Below, one piece after another: positions 49,251 to 61,821 of a stretch of 64,000 nucleotides of DNA (positions are counted from its first letter, which is position 1; each line of letters begins with the position of its first letter). The position numbers and the translations under genes are program-made. The stretch is from Calcarisporiella thermophila CBS 279.70 (Eukaryota > Fungi > Calcarisporiellomycota). The DNA lies in NCBI RefSeq assembly GCF_041956535.1, contig NW_027192197.1, positions 1,157,673-1,221,672 on the forward strand, written 5' to 3'. The notes below the pieces were generated by a model. The model was not told the DNA's origin and ran no database searches. It saw only the letters and a program-made list of their open reading frames with translations.

Positions 49251-51492
49251 TTACTCCTCCTTGGCATGCACCGCCTCTCTGGCTAGCTGCTGCTGTTTCG
49301 TTCCGACATCTTTGGGCAGAACCTCGCGCCGTGGCTCTTGCCTTTCCGTGGTGGGGGTGTACTGATTATTCCGCGCAACTTTATCGAAGCTCTCGGGGAA
49401 TGCTTTGTCGCCCCCGAGTTCGCTGCGCAATTGGTCGTAAATGGTGTGGTCAAACATCTGGCGATACTCTTCACGAGTCTGGTAGGTGTAGGAGTAGGAG
49501 CCTTGGTAGCCTCCCACGCGTCGGAGGAACTCTTCGAGCTGTGGGATAACCTCGACGGAATAGTTGGGTGCATGGGGGGGACCAATGATAGCAAAATCAA
49601 CTAGAAAGACAGTGGCGCTAGGTTAAAGGGATTACGTGACATGAATAATAAATGTGTCTGATACATACGATAATGTCCCCATTCTCCGGGCTTCGTTCCT
49701 TTAGGTTTGCGCATTTTCCCTTGCACATCACCATAGTTAAATAGTTTGAAACCACAGATCCACACGGGATACACGGCCACCTTGCGCTCGCACTCGGTGA
49801 TGGTTTCTTTATTAAAGTAACAACAAAAAAGAGTGAGTCAAACGGAGCGCTGAATATGCCAGGAGAAGGCATATCTGTGAAGAGGCACATAATGCATTTC
49901 TTTTACCTTCCAAGGCTTCCACAGGAACCAGTAGATCCTGGATGACATAGTTGGTCTCATAGAATTTGGTCATCTCATCCGACTCGATCAATTTCAAGAA
50001 TGGAACCTAATAAAGAGTGGGATTAGCCTTATGCCCCTTCACCCTCAATGATTAATAAAAATATGGACCCTTGGTGGCAGGGCCCATCCAAACAATAAGC
50101 GGAAGAGAGGATTGTTGCTGATGGGAATTTGGTCCTGAAGCACCCAAAACACACTACGATTGTGTCGGCGATAGTACTATCGAACAAACAGAATCAGGTT
50201 GGACTCTTAGGAGAAAGAGGGGGGGAGCAAGCCAAACACCACTTCAACTTACGGCCTTCAGTGGGATAAGTTCCATTCCACGGCGATGACGCCGCAAATA
50301 CCGTTCACATTGCTTGAAGAAATAAGGTGTCCACCAGCGTGTGACATCGTTGATGACATCTCCGGGCTTCACCTCATTTTCATAATGTCCAACACAAATT
50401 ACCGCCTCATTTTCGGAGAATTGGATCCCCTCGAGGAAATCGGGTGGAGAGCTGGCTGTCTGATACTTGGTCCAGGTCTGGACAATGTCCTGCTTGGAGT
50501 AGATGGGGATATACTCATGACGAACAAAGCGTGACGCCTTAATAACGGGGAGCTCGATGGCGGTCAAAAAACCTAAAGTTCCGAAAGACCACTAGAATAG
50601 AGGAGGGTGAGGCGGGACACGTCAATGAGAAGAAGACTTAATAACTTCTCCTTACATTTATCTGATGGAACAGTTTATCGCCTCGAGTGACCCGCCGAAC
50701 ACTTGCATCCGGCAAAACAATCTCGTAAGCAATGGCGATATCCGACAACAGTCCGTGCACATGGCTAGTAGTCTCTATACCGTAACCACTCACAAGTCCA
50801 CCTAAGTCAAATTGGAATGGAAGTGCAATGAAATTCAGTTTGAATTCATATACCGAGGCCATGCACTTCCAACGGAATCATTACCAATGGTCAGCTCGTC
50901 CATTTCAGGAACCACAGGGAGGGTCACTCCGCGTGGAAGCAAATAATCTAATAGCATTTTAACAGTGACCATGGGCTCTACCTTGACCGTGTTGTTGGCC
51001 AAATCTAGTTCCAGAATGTCGGTCAGATTCAAGTTGACCGTCCACATTTGGTTTTTATAGCTCGCGTGTCGAGGAGAGGCGGTCAACCATCCCGGTCGCG
51101 CTGTGCACATGGGCGTGGGTTTGCCAGCATTAATCCACTCCTGAACACGATTCTGGATGCGGCTGACGCGTTTCTGGTGGTCTTTGGGCGAAGACTTGAC
51201 GTGAATGTTGTACCTAATAATGCATTACAAAGGAGAGGTGATTTGTCATGCATGAGAAATGAGCAGGGAGACGGCAGTCTAATGATACCCACCAATTCAA
51301 AGCAGCATTATAGAAGTCAAAGGCCAGCGACAACGGCAACACCACGAACATGACCAGAAGCGACCGCTGGTGGGTCATTAAATAGGTCATGAATTTCCAG
51401 ATCAGTCCGGCAATGCCAGTGGCTCGTAGAATGTCGCCTGCTATGTTGAACAGGCTCCGGTTCTTGGTCGTCTCTTGCTGCGGAGAAGGCAT
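49251..51492 (-). CDS. DHCR24: Delta(24)-sterol reductase (DHCR24/DWF1-like FAD oxidoreductase), multi-exon
   Basis: [89 protein letters not shown]...AFPESFDKV. Confidence 0.9.
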
Positions 51493-52189
51493 GGCGGTGC
51501 TGATAAATAGCTGAGGTTGAAGAGTGAGAAGAAAGAATGCAAAACGAGAGGAATGCTGTGGGAAAGGGGGATATATAGTGTGGGATTTTTTAATGCTTTA
51601 TGTTCCGAATACTTCGGTCGCTGTGGCAAACTCAGTCCAGGGCTCATTTTTTTCCCCGATTTGAAAGGCGTGAATGACGAAACGGAGCTCATACCCTCGA
51701 GGCAGAGAAAGTTTAGGTGATTCTCAGATATTCCATAACGGGAAGTTGCCCCCTACTGTCTCCATCACTGACTCATAGGCCAAAAAAAAAATCGCACCAT
51801 CATCGAGAGATAGTAGCTGGGAGGGGAGAGCAAAGAAGCAACATCGGATGTTTCGAGCTTGACCCATTTCACATGGACGCGATCGAAAGATAGTGTGGCT
51901 TAGGAATCCTGGCCCGAATTCATTTTCACATCCCGTAGGAAGATTTTCCATTCCCACTTGAACAAACAGTGGAAAGAAACTAGAAAGTGTCTTTATTCAT
52001 AATACCTTTGCGCTAATTTCTTCTCGATTATTTTGGGAACGTAAAAATAAAAATAAAAAGGGGTAGAAATAGAAAGGACAAGCATAAATTATGGGAGAGA
52101 AACTAAGACCAAGAACATTCAAAACGTAGAACTATTACAAAAAAAAAAAAATAAAACGCGCAGAAACAAGGAAATAAATAATGCGTGCC

Positions 52190-53845
52190 TTATCGAATCG
52201 ACATTCTCATCGAGGTAGAACCACTCTCGGCGCTCTCTTTCGGCTTGACAGACTTGGCCTGCGGCTTCGACTCGAAGATTTTCCAGAACTTGAGATTCTC
52301 GTCGCTCGCCCCCGTTGCCACGGTTTGTCCATCGGGGCTGATCGCGGTATGCAATACTCGCGTCTCGTGCGCAGGGATATCGATCACCTTGTTGAGAGAT
52401 GGGTAGCTCCAGACGGCCAGGTGATGGTCGGGGAATCCGTGGGAAGTCAGGAGCTCCTTGTACTCTTGCGACCAGATGATCGACGTCACTTGAGAGCCGG
52501 TGTCGACAGAGTTCACACGCGCGGCCGTCGTGGTGTTCCAGAAGTGGATATGGCGATCGTACGAGCCGCCCCCCGTGGCCAGGAGATTGGTTTGCCACGG
52601 ACACCATGCAACCGCCTTAACGGCAGCCGTGTGATTTGCCTTAGTGAAACGAGGGACCGAAGAGCGCGCATCCCAAATATTGACAAGATTGTCGTTGCCT
52701 CCACTCGCGAGCTGCTGGCCGTCCGATCTCCACTTGAGACCACATACCTCTGATGTGTGTGCGAGCAGTTCGGCGACTTTGTGTTGGGCAACGCGAACGT
52801 CATGGTGCCAAATGCTACCATCTCGACAGCCTGACGAGAGCAAGCTCTTGTCCCACGAGAGCACTCCTACGCGGGCTTGGTGGCCAGTCATGGTGCGAAT
52901 TTTTGCAGCGGACTCTGCGTCCCATATCTGGACATCTCCCTCGAAGGTACCTATGGACAAGAAGTTGCCGTCGGGCGACCATGTCAAAGAAGCGATCTGA
53001 TCTTCCTCGGCGACCGTGCACAGACAGTTTACATCCCCCGAATCCGCGTTCCACAGGTAGACACTGCGATCGAGCCCTACCGCCAACACATTCAGGCATG
53101 ACCAATCGAGCAGATTAAGATAGTAATCATCCACGAGGCCAGGGGCATCGAGAACGCGTTCTGGCGCAGTTAGGATACGACGTCGAAACTGGGCACCCGT
53201 CGCATCTTTCTTCAGCGGGCGATTGTACATGGTCCTCAGGTCCTCTTTGTCGTTAGAGGGAGGCTCGGCATTAAAGGCGAGGATACGCTTATCGAGAGCA
53301 ATTCCGCACGCTTTTGCTACCTGCTCCTGGTATGCAATCGTTGCGCTGTCAAGATAATCCGGTTTCGCTTCCCGGCGACCAATGTTAAGCTGTGAGGAGG
53401 GCATATCCATCGCGGTGCGGTTGGGTATATAACGGTCATACTTGAAAGAAGAAAAAAAATACAAGTATTCAATAGATTAGATAAGAGTGCACCGAGAAAA
53501 ATAGACGTCCATCAATAGGAAGGATCCAATATTGGGAGTATGGCTTACGTGAGCTTTTATTTTTTTCCCTTTCTTGGGGGAATTGCCTAAGCCAAGCCAG
53601 TCCTTTCCGACGACATCGAACTGGGGAGGGGGACCACCCAGTTGCGCAGAAGATTTTTTATTGATGCCCTTGTTTAACGGACTCCTTCTCTTTTTTGCCG
53701 ATCGGAGCAGCTTGAGAAGAGGAGCTGTTTGCTTGGGGCTGAGGGGGCTGTAGGAGGACTTATTACCCGAAATGGGCGAGAGAGAAAATGAAACAGGCGT
53801 GCTGTTTTGGCAAGGAAGTGTGCGAATGGTGGTTGGCGTTGCCAT
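52190..53845 (-). CDS. CDC20: APC/C activator Cdc20/Fizzy (WD40), 2 exons
   Basis: C-box DRYIPNR, KRILAF (Mad2-binding motif), ERVLDAPGLVDDYYLNLLDW, WD40 repeats, C-terminal IR tail. Confidence 0.95.
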
Positions 53846-54101
53846 CTTTTAAAAATGGGGAATAGACTAAACTAATGACTATGACTAAAATGAAAATAAG
53901 TGGTGGGCTATATATGAATGGAAGCAATAAACTTAATTATCGCCTAATAAACACAAGTTGGGTTGTATAAGAATTCGATTGTACAGACAAGAATAAGTTG
54001 AGTGTTTTGGAATGAGTATATAGTATGATTTATTGGGGAATATGGTCTAGGGAGCTAGTGGAAAGAAAAAAAAATTACAGAGGAAAGAGAAGAGAAAATA
54101 A

Positions 54102-54140
54102 TTTTCGCGCCGGTTCTTTTTTACGCGTTTTTTAACGCGG
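54102..54140. promoter_or_regulatory. Clustered E2F/SCB-like (TTTTCGCGCC) and MCB-like (ACGCGT, ACGCGG) motifs in the CDC20/CDC37 divergent promoter
   Basis: Three CGCG cores within 40 bp of otherwise AT-rich DNA; function inferred. Confidence 0.45.
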
Positions 54141-54330
54141 ATCCATAACAAGAAAATTTTTAGACGGGTAGATTTTCAAAATTATGGTTGGTAACGTATA
54201 CCTGTGGCGTCATGCTCTTCATCAATGCTGCAAATATCCCAGGTTCCTATCGCATAAGTATCCCATACCTCCGATAGAAAACCAAAGAATGAACACTAAA
54301 ATTTTCCCATTGCAACAACCTCGAACAAAC

Positions 54331-56005
54331 ATGCCCCTCGATTACAGTAAATGGGATAAGCTCGAACTAAGCGACGATAGTGATATTGAATGCCACCCCA
54401 ATGTCGATAAAGCCTCATTTATCCGCTGGAAACAGCAAGCGATCCACCAGGAACGCGAAGAAAAGCGGCAAAGGCTCGAGGCATTGCGGCAAAAAGTGCA
54501 ACACACACGAAATATCATCGCTCATCTTGACACGTTAAAGTCCAGCCTTAGCAAAGGAGGATGCGATGCAGTGCTTTCGGAATTATCAGGATTACAAAAT
54601 AAAATGGGGAGCGATTCGCAAGCTGATTCTCCCGACGCAAAGCGGGCCAAAGAGGCACTGGAGGAGCTTGCGAAGCAGCTACGGGAACAGCTCGCAAAGG
54701 AGAGCGCTGAAAATACCGGAGAGCGCATTCTTGCCAATATTGCCAAAAAACAAGATGCGATGCGACAGCAACTCGAGGAGGCGTCCAAAGAAATGGAGAA
54801 GCTAGATCGCGAAATCAACTCTAAAATTACGAGCGAAAACATTTTCAAAGAAGGATTCAATAAAACTGTAACTATAGATAGGGCTTTTAATCCTTTAATT
54901 GACATACCTACTTATCGATCTATTACTGTTCAAGGTCGTGAACAAGGCCACCACGCCGAAAGAGCCGCCAAAACCATTTGAAAAGGCAACAAGTACAGAG
55001 AAGAAAATCGAGGTGCTTAATCCCGAATCGGTATCGAAAGTAATGCCCAGATGAAAGCAGCACTAACCTGAACAAGCCGGCGAACTAATATTTATAACAA
55101 CTGTATGCTATCTAGTCCACCGAATCCTCCTCTTCCTCCTCCAAACCTGCCAAGTCGACTGCTGAAGAGGACGATGACGAGATTTTCCTCTCTGATACGG
55201 CCAAGAAATTTGCGAGCTTGAATGGGTTTGACGAAAGCTTCCGTTTCATTTCGCAACATCCGTACCTGGTTAACCAGGAAACTTCAGACGCCATTCTTGC
55301 CGAAGGGTTTAACGCCGAGTTAAATGGCAATACCAAGTATGCGAAGAATTGCGTGTTTCAAGCCCTTATTCTGCAATACTGCGCTTCCCTCGGCAAGGAC
55401 GGAATTCGACTTTACTTTGCACGGTAAATTTACCAGTGTGTTACGAGAGCTTTCATGTTTAAACATCTAGTAATTTTTTATTTCTCAATCCCTCAATTTT
55501 GGCGGAAATCAGAATGAACCAGCAAGATGGTAAGGCACACAAACTCTTTATGAATGACGTTTCCGATACCTACAAGCGCATTAGTGAGCGTTGCAAGGTT
55601 CTCCGCGTTGAACGAGAGAAAGAGGTAGAGTCCATCCAGCTTGCGCCTATGGAGCCAGATGCCCCCCTGAGTATATCGATACCAGAGGAGCATCCAAATA
55701 TGACGGAGGAAGAACGTGCGCGCCTTGAGGCATTCCGAGATCTCCCGCTTGATTTCCAAGAGGCATTGCACAAAGGCACACTAGAGGCTGTCAACGAAGT
55801 ATTCGGGAAGATGAAGGGCGAGGACGCGGAAAGGCTGCTAGAGATATGTGGAAAATTCGGGTTCCTATCGATTTCTGGTGTTATTGAAGAAGGAAGTGAG
55901 GAATATCGCGAATGGGAGCAAGCCCGTGATGAGTACATGGCACGTCAACGCCAGCAAGGGCCGACAGAAGACGATGGGGTGGAAGCTGATGTAGAGGAGC
56001 CGTAA
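54331..56005 (+). CDS. CDC37: Hsp90 co-chaperone Cdc37, multi-exon
   Basis: Diagnostic N-terminus MPLDYSKWDKLELSDDSDIECHPNVDKASFIRWKQ; QALILQYCASLG; FQEAL...VNEVFGKM. Confidence 0.95.
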
Positions 56006-56214
56006 CTAGCATTTATGGAAAATTGTGAATATTTTTTTTATGTTTCCCTTTAATCGTGTTTGCACATTTTTATCGATTCAAATCAATGAAGGAAAAGAGT
56101 GCCACTGAAGATTCCATAGTAAAACGAGAAAATACAATTCAATTTTATTTTAACCCTTTTTTATTTTCAGGGCTTATACAATCCTCACAAAAAATAAATT
56201 TACGAATGCATTAA

Positions 56215-57461
56215 CTACAAATTAGCAATGTGTACATAGGCCTTGCCGAAGTTTTTACCCTGGAATAAATCAATAAGCCCTTGAGGAGCGTTTTCAATGC
56301 CTTTGACTTCATGTTCACGATAGCGCATCTTCCCCTCACGCAGCCATTGTGAAACATCTCTAAAGAAAGCGTCGGCATACTGTGAAGCTAGATCCGAAAC
56401 AATGAAGCCCTCAAAGCGTAAACGCTTGGCGACAATCTGCAACAAATTCTTAACACCATAGGGGTTTTGAGTGTTGTATTGGGAGATCATTCCACAGGCA
56501 ATGATGCGACCAAAATCATTCATGTGATTGATGGTGTTTTCGAGAATCTCACCACCCACGTTCTCGAAATCTAGGGTACAAAATAACACAGACGACAAAA
56601 GGAATTAGTGTCAACACTCAAGAACGGTAGTTGCTCCTCTGCGACTGCCTCGCCGTAACCAGTCATCGCTGAGCAGTTAAGAGTAATGTACTTACAGATA
56701 TCAATACCATTAGGGCAATATTTCGACAATGCCTCATCATGGTTCACCTTCTTATAGTTGAAAGCGGCATCGAACCCGAGATCTTTGGTGAGATACTCCA
56801 CTTTAGCATCCTCGCCAGCAGAGCCGACCACACGAAGCCCCTTTGACTTGGCAATTTGCCCGACCAGCTGACCAACAGCGCCAGCGGCCGCAGTAATATA
56901 GATCGTCTCGCCAGCTTTGGGGTTTCCGATATGGAATAACCCAGCGTACGCAGTCATGCCCGGCATTCCCAAGACCCCAACGTAGTAGCTCAATGGGAAT
57001 CCTGAGGTTTTTGCATCCTTAATGACACGGAAGCCCAGAGGTTTAATGTAGGCCTCCCTGACCACACTGTATTCTTCAAAGCTAGTTAAACCGTACACGA
57101 TTTCCCCTTCAGGGAATGATGAGTTCTTAGATTTAATGACCACCGACACTCCATAGGCCAGAATGGGCGCCCCGAGTTGGAAGGCGGGCGTGTACGATTT
57201 AATCTCAGCGGAACGCATGCGTCCACGCATATACGGGTCCAAGCTGAGACGAAGGGCCTTTTACCGGTGGATCGTTAGTTGTAGACAATTGAAAAAAGAC
57301 TAAATCTATTATGCTTCAATAGTCACCTTGATGGCAAAATCACCTTCTCCGAGAGAAATTTGGTCCAGGTTGAATTCCCGTGTCTCGACTACCAGGTGCT
57401 CACCAATGACCGGAAAATCGGTGGGGATCTTTTTGAACACAACGGCGGAATTTTTAACCAT
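56215..57461 (-). CDS. NADP-dependent alkenal/enone reductase (MDR, PTGR/LTB4DH-like), copy 1, 3 exons
   Basis: LSLDPYMRGRM, GVLGMPGMTAY, AAAGAVGQLVGQIAK, GIDIYFENVGG, CGMISQY, GKNFGK. Confidence 0.93.
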
Positions 57462-58146
57462 GTTAGCTACTCTTTGTCTTTTCTTTTCTGTTCTTAGAAT
57501 ATTGAATTCAAGAATTTTTTTCGGTGGCCAGGAAAACGAATATATATATTCTCGGCTATTATTAAATGAGGTAAGGGAATTTGACTTTTTTTTCCGAATT
57601 CTAAAGGAATTAGTTAATTCCGAAGGTTAGCACTACCTTACCAAAAGCACATCATTAAAGTAATTAATAATGATTTCTAATTGATGCCATCGTATTCCCG
57701 CCGAATTGAACTCTTTCCATTAGCTGGAAAATACCACTTCGAAAATAGATTCCATGGGAGATTGAAAACCCTCTATCCATGCTGAGAATTGCTGACTAGA
57801 AACAGAAAGGAAGCTAAAAGCGAAGGCGTTCGAGACGAGTGCGGCTGCTGACTTTCGAAATGGCTGCTGCCAAGGTGGAATATGAATTCTCTTGCCCATT
57901 CGTGCCAGGCAGCCTAGCTTGGATCCTGTTGACTCCTAATAGCATCCTGTATAATCGATTATTCTAATTATTAATTTTGGTCAGCAAAAACAAAAAAAAA
58001 GTCGAGTGGTTGGCAATGCTACAGAAGAGAATATTAGTTTATTTAGATCAGTTCCTTAAAACTAAAGAACATAGGAATATAAGAATAAGAATTTAAGTCA
58101 TTGCAGCTGAATATGAAATACGAGAAGTACAATTGAAGGACAAAAT

Positions 58147-59391
58147 CTACAATTCAGCAATATTGGCATAAGCTTTGCCGAAACTTTTGCCTTGAAGCAA
58201 ATCAACAAGAGCCTGCGGAGCATTCTCGACCCCCTTCACCTCTTGCTCCGCATATCGCATTCTCCCTTCCTTTATCCATTGCGAAACATCTTTTACGAAA
58301 TCAGAAGCATACTGCGGCCCCAAATCCCTAGCTGTGAATCCGGCGAAAGTCAAGCGCTTCCCGATGATCTGGATGAGATTCTTGATGCCATAGGGTTCTT
58401 TACTGCTATATTGCGAGATCATTCCACATGCGACGATTCGGCCAAAAGGGTTCATGTGCCCAATCGTACTTTCAAGGATCTTTCCCCCAACGTTATCAAA
58501 ATCTATTATCCCAACAACAAAAGCAAAGAGCATATGAGTTAGCTGCTTCTTGTGCGATGTGCATGAATGCAAGGATCCCATTTATGACTAGATCCGACAA
58601 ACTTACAGATATCGATCCCATTTGGACAATACTCAGACAATGCTTCATCGTGATCCACCTTCTTGTAGTTGAAGGCGGCGTCAAATCCGAGCTCCTTGAC
58701 GAGGTACTCGACCTTTGCGTCTTCGCCAGCCGAGCCGACCACCCGGAGTCCCTTTATTTTGGCTATCTGTCCAACCACTTGCCCGACTGCCCCGAAGGCC
58801 GAGGAAATGTAGATCGTCTCACCGGCTTTCGGCTTTCCGACATGGTGCAAACCGATGTATCCAGTCATACCAGGCATTCCCAAAATCCCGATATAATAGC
58901 TCAATGGAATGTTGGAGGATTTTGCTCCCGGTATGACACGAAGTAGAGCAGGCTTAATGTCCTCCTCTCTGATGACACTGTATTCTTGCCACCCGATAAA
59001 TCCGTAAGTGATCTCTCCCTCGGGAAAAGATGGGTTTTTCGATTTAATGACGACAGCCACCCCATAGCCTTGAAGGGGTTCACCAAGCTTGAAGGGAGCC
59101 GGACCGGAGCCATGGGAAGCTGGGAGCATTCGCATGGATAGAAAAGGGTCTAAGCTCAGTCGAAGATTCTACAACCAAGAAAGGTATACGATTAGCCATT
59201 AATATCCGTTACATTTGCCATAAGAACTTGAATAAACTATCTCGATTGAAGCACCCCACCTTGATAATGAAATCGCCTTCCTTGAGCTCAAGGTTATCAA
59301 TATCAATTTCCCAGTTTTCTATGGCAAAGTTCTCACTGCCAATGTTTCCGGATGAGTATTGCTTGAGGGTGACGGTGGTGTTCTTAACCAT
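58147..59391 (-). CDS. NADP-dependent alkenal/enone reductase (MDR, PTGR/LTB4DH-like), copy 2, 3 exons
   Basis: Same motifs and the same two intron positions as copy 1 (GILGMPGMTGY, SAFGAVGQVVGQIAK, CGMISQY). Confidence 0.92.
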
Positions 59392-59767
59392 TTTGTTCAC
59401 TTTATTACAGTTAGAATGTTCTAGTATGCTAGTCAAGTTTGAAGGCTGTGAGCCGCTTTATATGTGAATTCATCGGTGCCAAAATATTTATCTCATTTTT
59501 AAGTTGGATCACGTCAACTACCAATTCGAACGAATTGCTCTTATAATTATTCAGCAATGCTTACAATTCAAAGGGCAAATGAAATGGAACCGGGGAATAC
59601 AAGGCGACAAGGTTGGAAAAATCGGGAAATTCGCAGCGGTCGCAAACACTTTATTTAGCGGTAGTGATGAAATGAAATTATTTCTATATATATACTAGTC
59701 ATTGGGGTGTAAAACAAGTTGAAGAAACGAACTCCACCATGGATGGTTTGCCACGAAGCGAACTCTC

Positions 59768-61078
59768 TTACCCCCCGCGAACAAAATAGCTGGTGAAGTA
59801 AAGAACACTCCCGAAAACCCGGAACACTAAATTTCGTATTGAGGCCCACCACCAATTCTCGATGAGTAGCAATTTCATGGTTTGTAACGATTCACCGACC
59901 GCTTTGAATCCATACCCCACCATCTCTTTCTCATACTCCGCAACAGCAAGGATCAAATCTTTCTCCTCTTTATGAGCTGCGATGATGGCATGCGACAACA
60001 GTTGGGAATCTTTCAAAGCCATGTTCGCTCCTATACCCTTGAATGGCGTCATACTATGAATGGCATCACCCAAGAGGGTCACGTTGCTCGTCTTCCATGT
60101 AGAAACGGGTAGGGATGTGCGGATTGGGAGCGGCGACAATGTTGTAATGTCGGATTCCTTGACTAGACGAACTAAATCTGGATTCCAATCCCTGATTTTC
60201 TCAAGGACTTCGGCGCGCAATTGCTCGTGTCCGAGTCCCTCGATGTCGTGACCGTGTTTATGAAACGAATAATTCTCTCGACGAGAGGTGAAGGCCCAGA
60301 AGATATAATCTTTTGTGTTGTCGAATAAAAATCCAAGATCCTTATACTCGCGCTCGTTTCCGCCGATTTCACCGTCGGCCTGAGTAGGAGCCTGGTTGAA
60401 TTGTTGCGAGGCCACAAAGAGCATTTCTCCCCGCTTGGATGTCACAATACTAACCCGCTGGAGCATTGCTTTGGGCAGCCATGCTCTTGTTTCGTCTGTC
60501 AGGGGAAGTTTTGCGGCAACCCCTAGTACTCCCGTATCGATACGTTGTGCATGCGGCAGTAGTTGTTGGCGCACGCGTGAATTGCCACCATCGGCTCCAA
60601 CTAAAAGATTCCCCGAGGCCCAAGTGCCATCTTCAAAGTAGGCCACCACCGTTCCGTTTTCCTTTTGCTCGAAGCGCTCGAATCTCTTACCAAATTTCAC
60701 ATGATCTTCTAGTCCTGAGAGGAGAACTTGACGTAGTGTAATTCGGCTCACCGATTTGTGTCCATCGATCTTGGCTTCATACCCGGGTTCAGCTTGCAAT
60801 CTGTGATCCAACATTGGATTAAACTCCTCATCGTAAATGCAAATCCCGCCTCCCGTTTTGCCCGAAGTCGCAATTAGAGAATTCCATAGTTCGGGTGAAA
60901 GCGCCTCATGAAGTGCTGCAGAGCCTTCGGGACCAATGTGAATGCGATAACCTTGCAAGCGATCAGTCCGGGTACGATCCCGCTCATAGACCGTAAAAGA
61001 CACTCCCGCCTTTTTGAGAGCCTGGGCAAGGCAGAGGCCTCCCAGACCACCACCGATAATGATTACATGAAAAGTCAT
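59768..61078 (-). CDS. Group A FAD-dependent monooxygenase (FAD_binding_3), intronless
   Basis: VIIIGGGLGG Rossmann motif, RLQGYRIHI, LVGADGGNSRVR, TLLGDAIHSMTPFKGIGANMALKD. Confidence 0.92.
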   Translation of the reverse strand: MTFHVIIIGGGLGGLCLAQALKKAGVSFTVYERDRTRTDRLQGYRIHIGPEGSAALHEALSPELWNSLIATSGKTGGGICIYDEEFNPMLDHRLQAEPGYEAKIDGHKSVSRITLRQVLLSGLEDHVKFGKRFERFEQKENGTVVAYFEDGTWASGNLLVGADGGNSRVRQQLLPHAQRIDTGVLGVAAKLPLTDETRAWLPKAMLQRVSIVTSKRGEMLFVASQQFNQAPTQADGEIGGNEREYKDLGFLFDNTKDYIFWAFTSRRENYSFHKHGHDIEGLGHEQLRAEVLEKIRDWNPDLVRLVKESDITTLSPLPIRTSLPVSTWKTSNVTLLGDAIHSMTPFKGIGANMALKDSQLLSHAIIAAHKEEKDLILAVAEYEKEMVGYGFKAVGESLQTMKLLLIENWWWASIRNLVFRVFGSVLYFTSYFVRGG

Positions 61079-61417
61079 AGTTGCTTGTTGAAATTGTATA
61101 TTGAAGGAGGATTGATTTCAAAGAGCAGCTTTTCGTGTTTTTGAGAGCTATATATTGTTCTGACATCTGGGGTTGGCATATTTCTCTTGGCTCAAAATTT
61201 TACCGAGTCTTTAATGAACACCAATCGTTTCCCTGCCAAGATTGATTGCGTCACATGTTTAGGTTAGGTTTTTCAATTCTACGAATCTCTCTATGAATGT
61301 ACCCATTGACCCATTATATTGCAATCCAATCCAATGGCTACTATCTATTTTCAGACGGAAATCAAAAAGGAACAGCTGAGAAATAATGTATTGAAAATAA
61401 AAAATTGTTCCGAATTT

Positions 61418-61501
61418 TGGACGCTATGGGGATTGAACCCATGGCCTTTCGCATTTTTGCTATATTGCAAAGCGAACGTGATACCACTACACCAAACGCC
61501 C
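61418..61501 (-). tRNA. tRNA-Ala (TGC) with 12-nt intron
   Basis: GGGCGTT...AGCGTCC-A acceptor stem with the G3:U70 Ala determinant; TTCGC-TT-TGC-A[ATATAGCAAAAA]T-GCGAA; GGTTCAATCC T-arm. Confidence 0.92.
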
Positions 61502-61821
61502 ATTTCTGATTCTGCTGTTTGAATAAAATTTATAACTAGCTGAATTTTTTTTAAAAAACCCCAGCAAAAACCATTTGATATCAACCCTGCATTATTATTT
61601 AAGTAATATTATATTTGAGAGTTATTCAATAAGAGTATATCTGTGAATTGAGCCGTTTGATTTTTCTTTAATTGAATTTCAATAACAAGTTGGCCAACCA
61701 ATATCAGGCGAATTTGCCACACTAAATCCCCTAGCCTTTTAAAAAATGAACTCCATGGGTTGTAGAGTGATAAGTAGCAGACAAGAATAAAAATATACAC
61801 TACCCTTTTTTTTCTTGCAAA

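Noticed and set aside
8520-51492. Lipid/sterol gene cluster (PLD, CHO2, ERG9, DHCR24)
   Set aside because: The genes are interspersed with unrelated housekeeping genes; only CHO2 and ERG9 are adjacent, which is compatible with chance.
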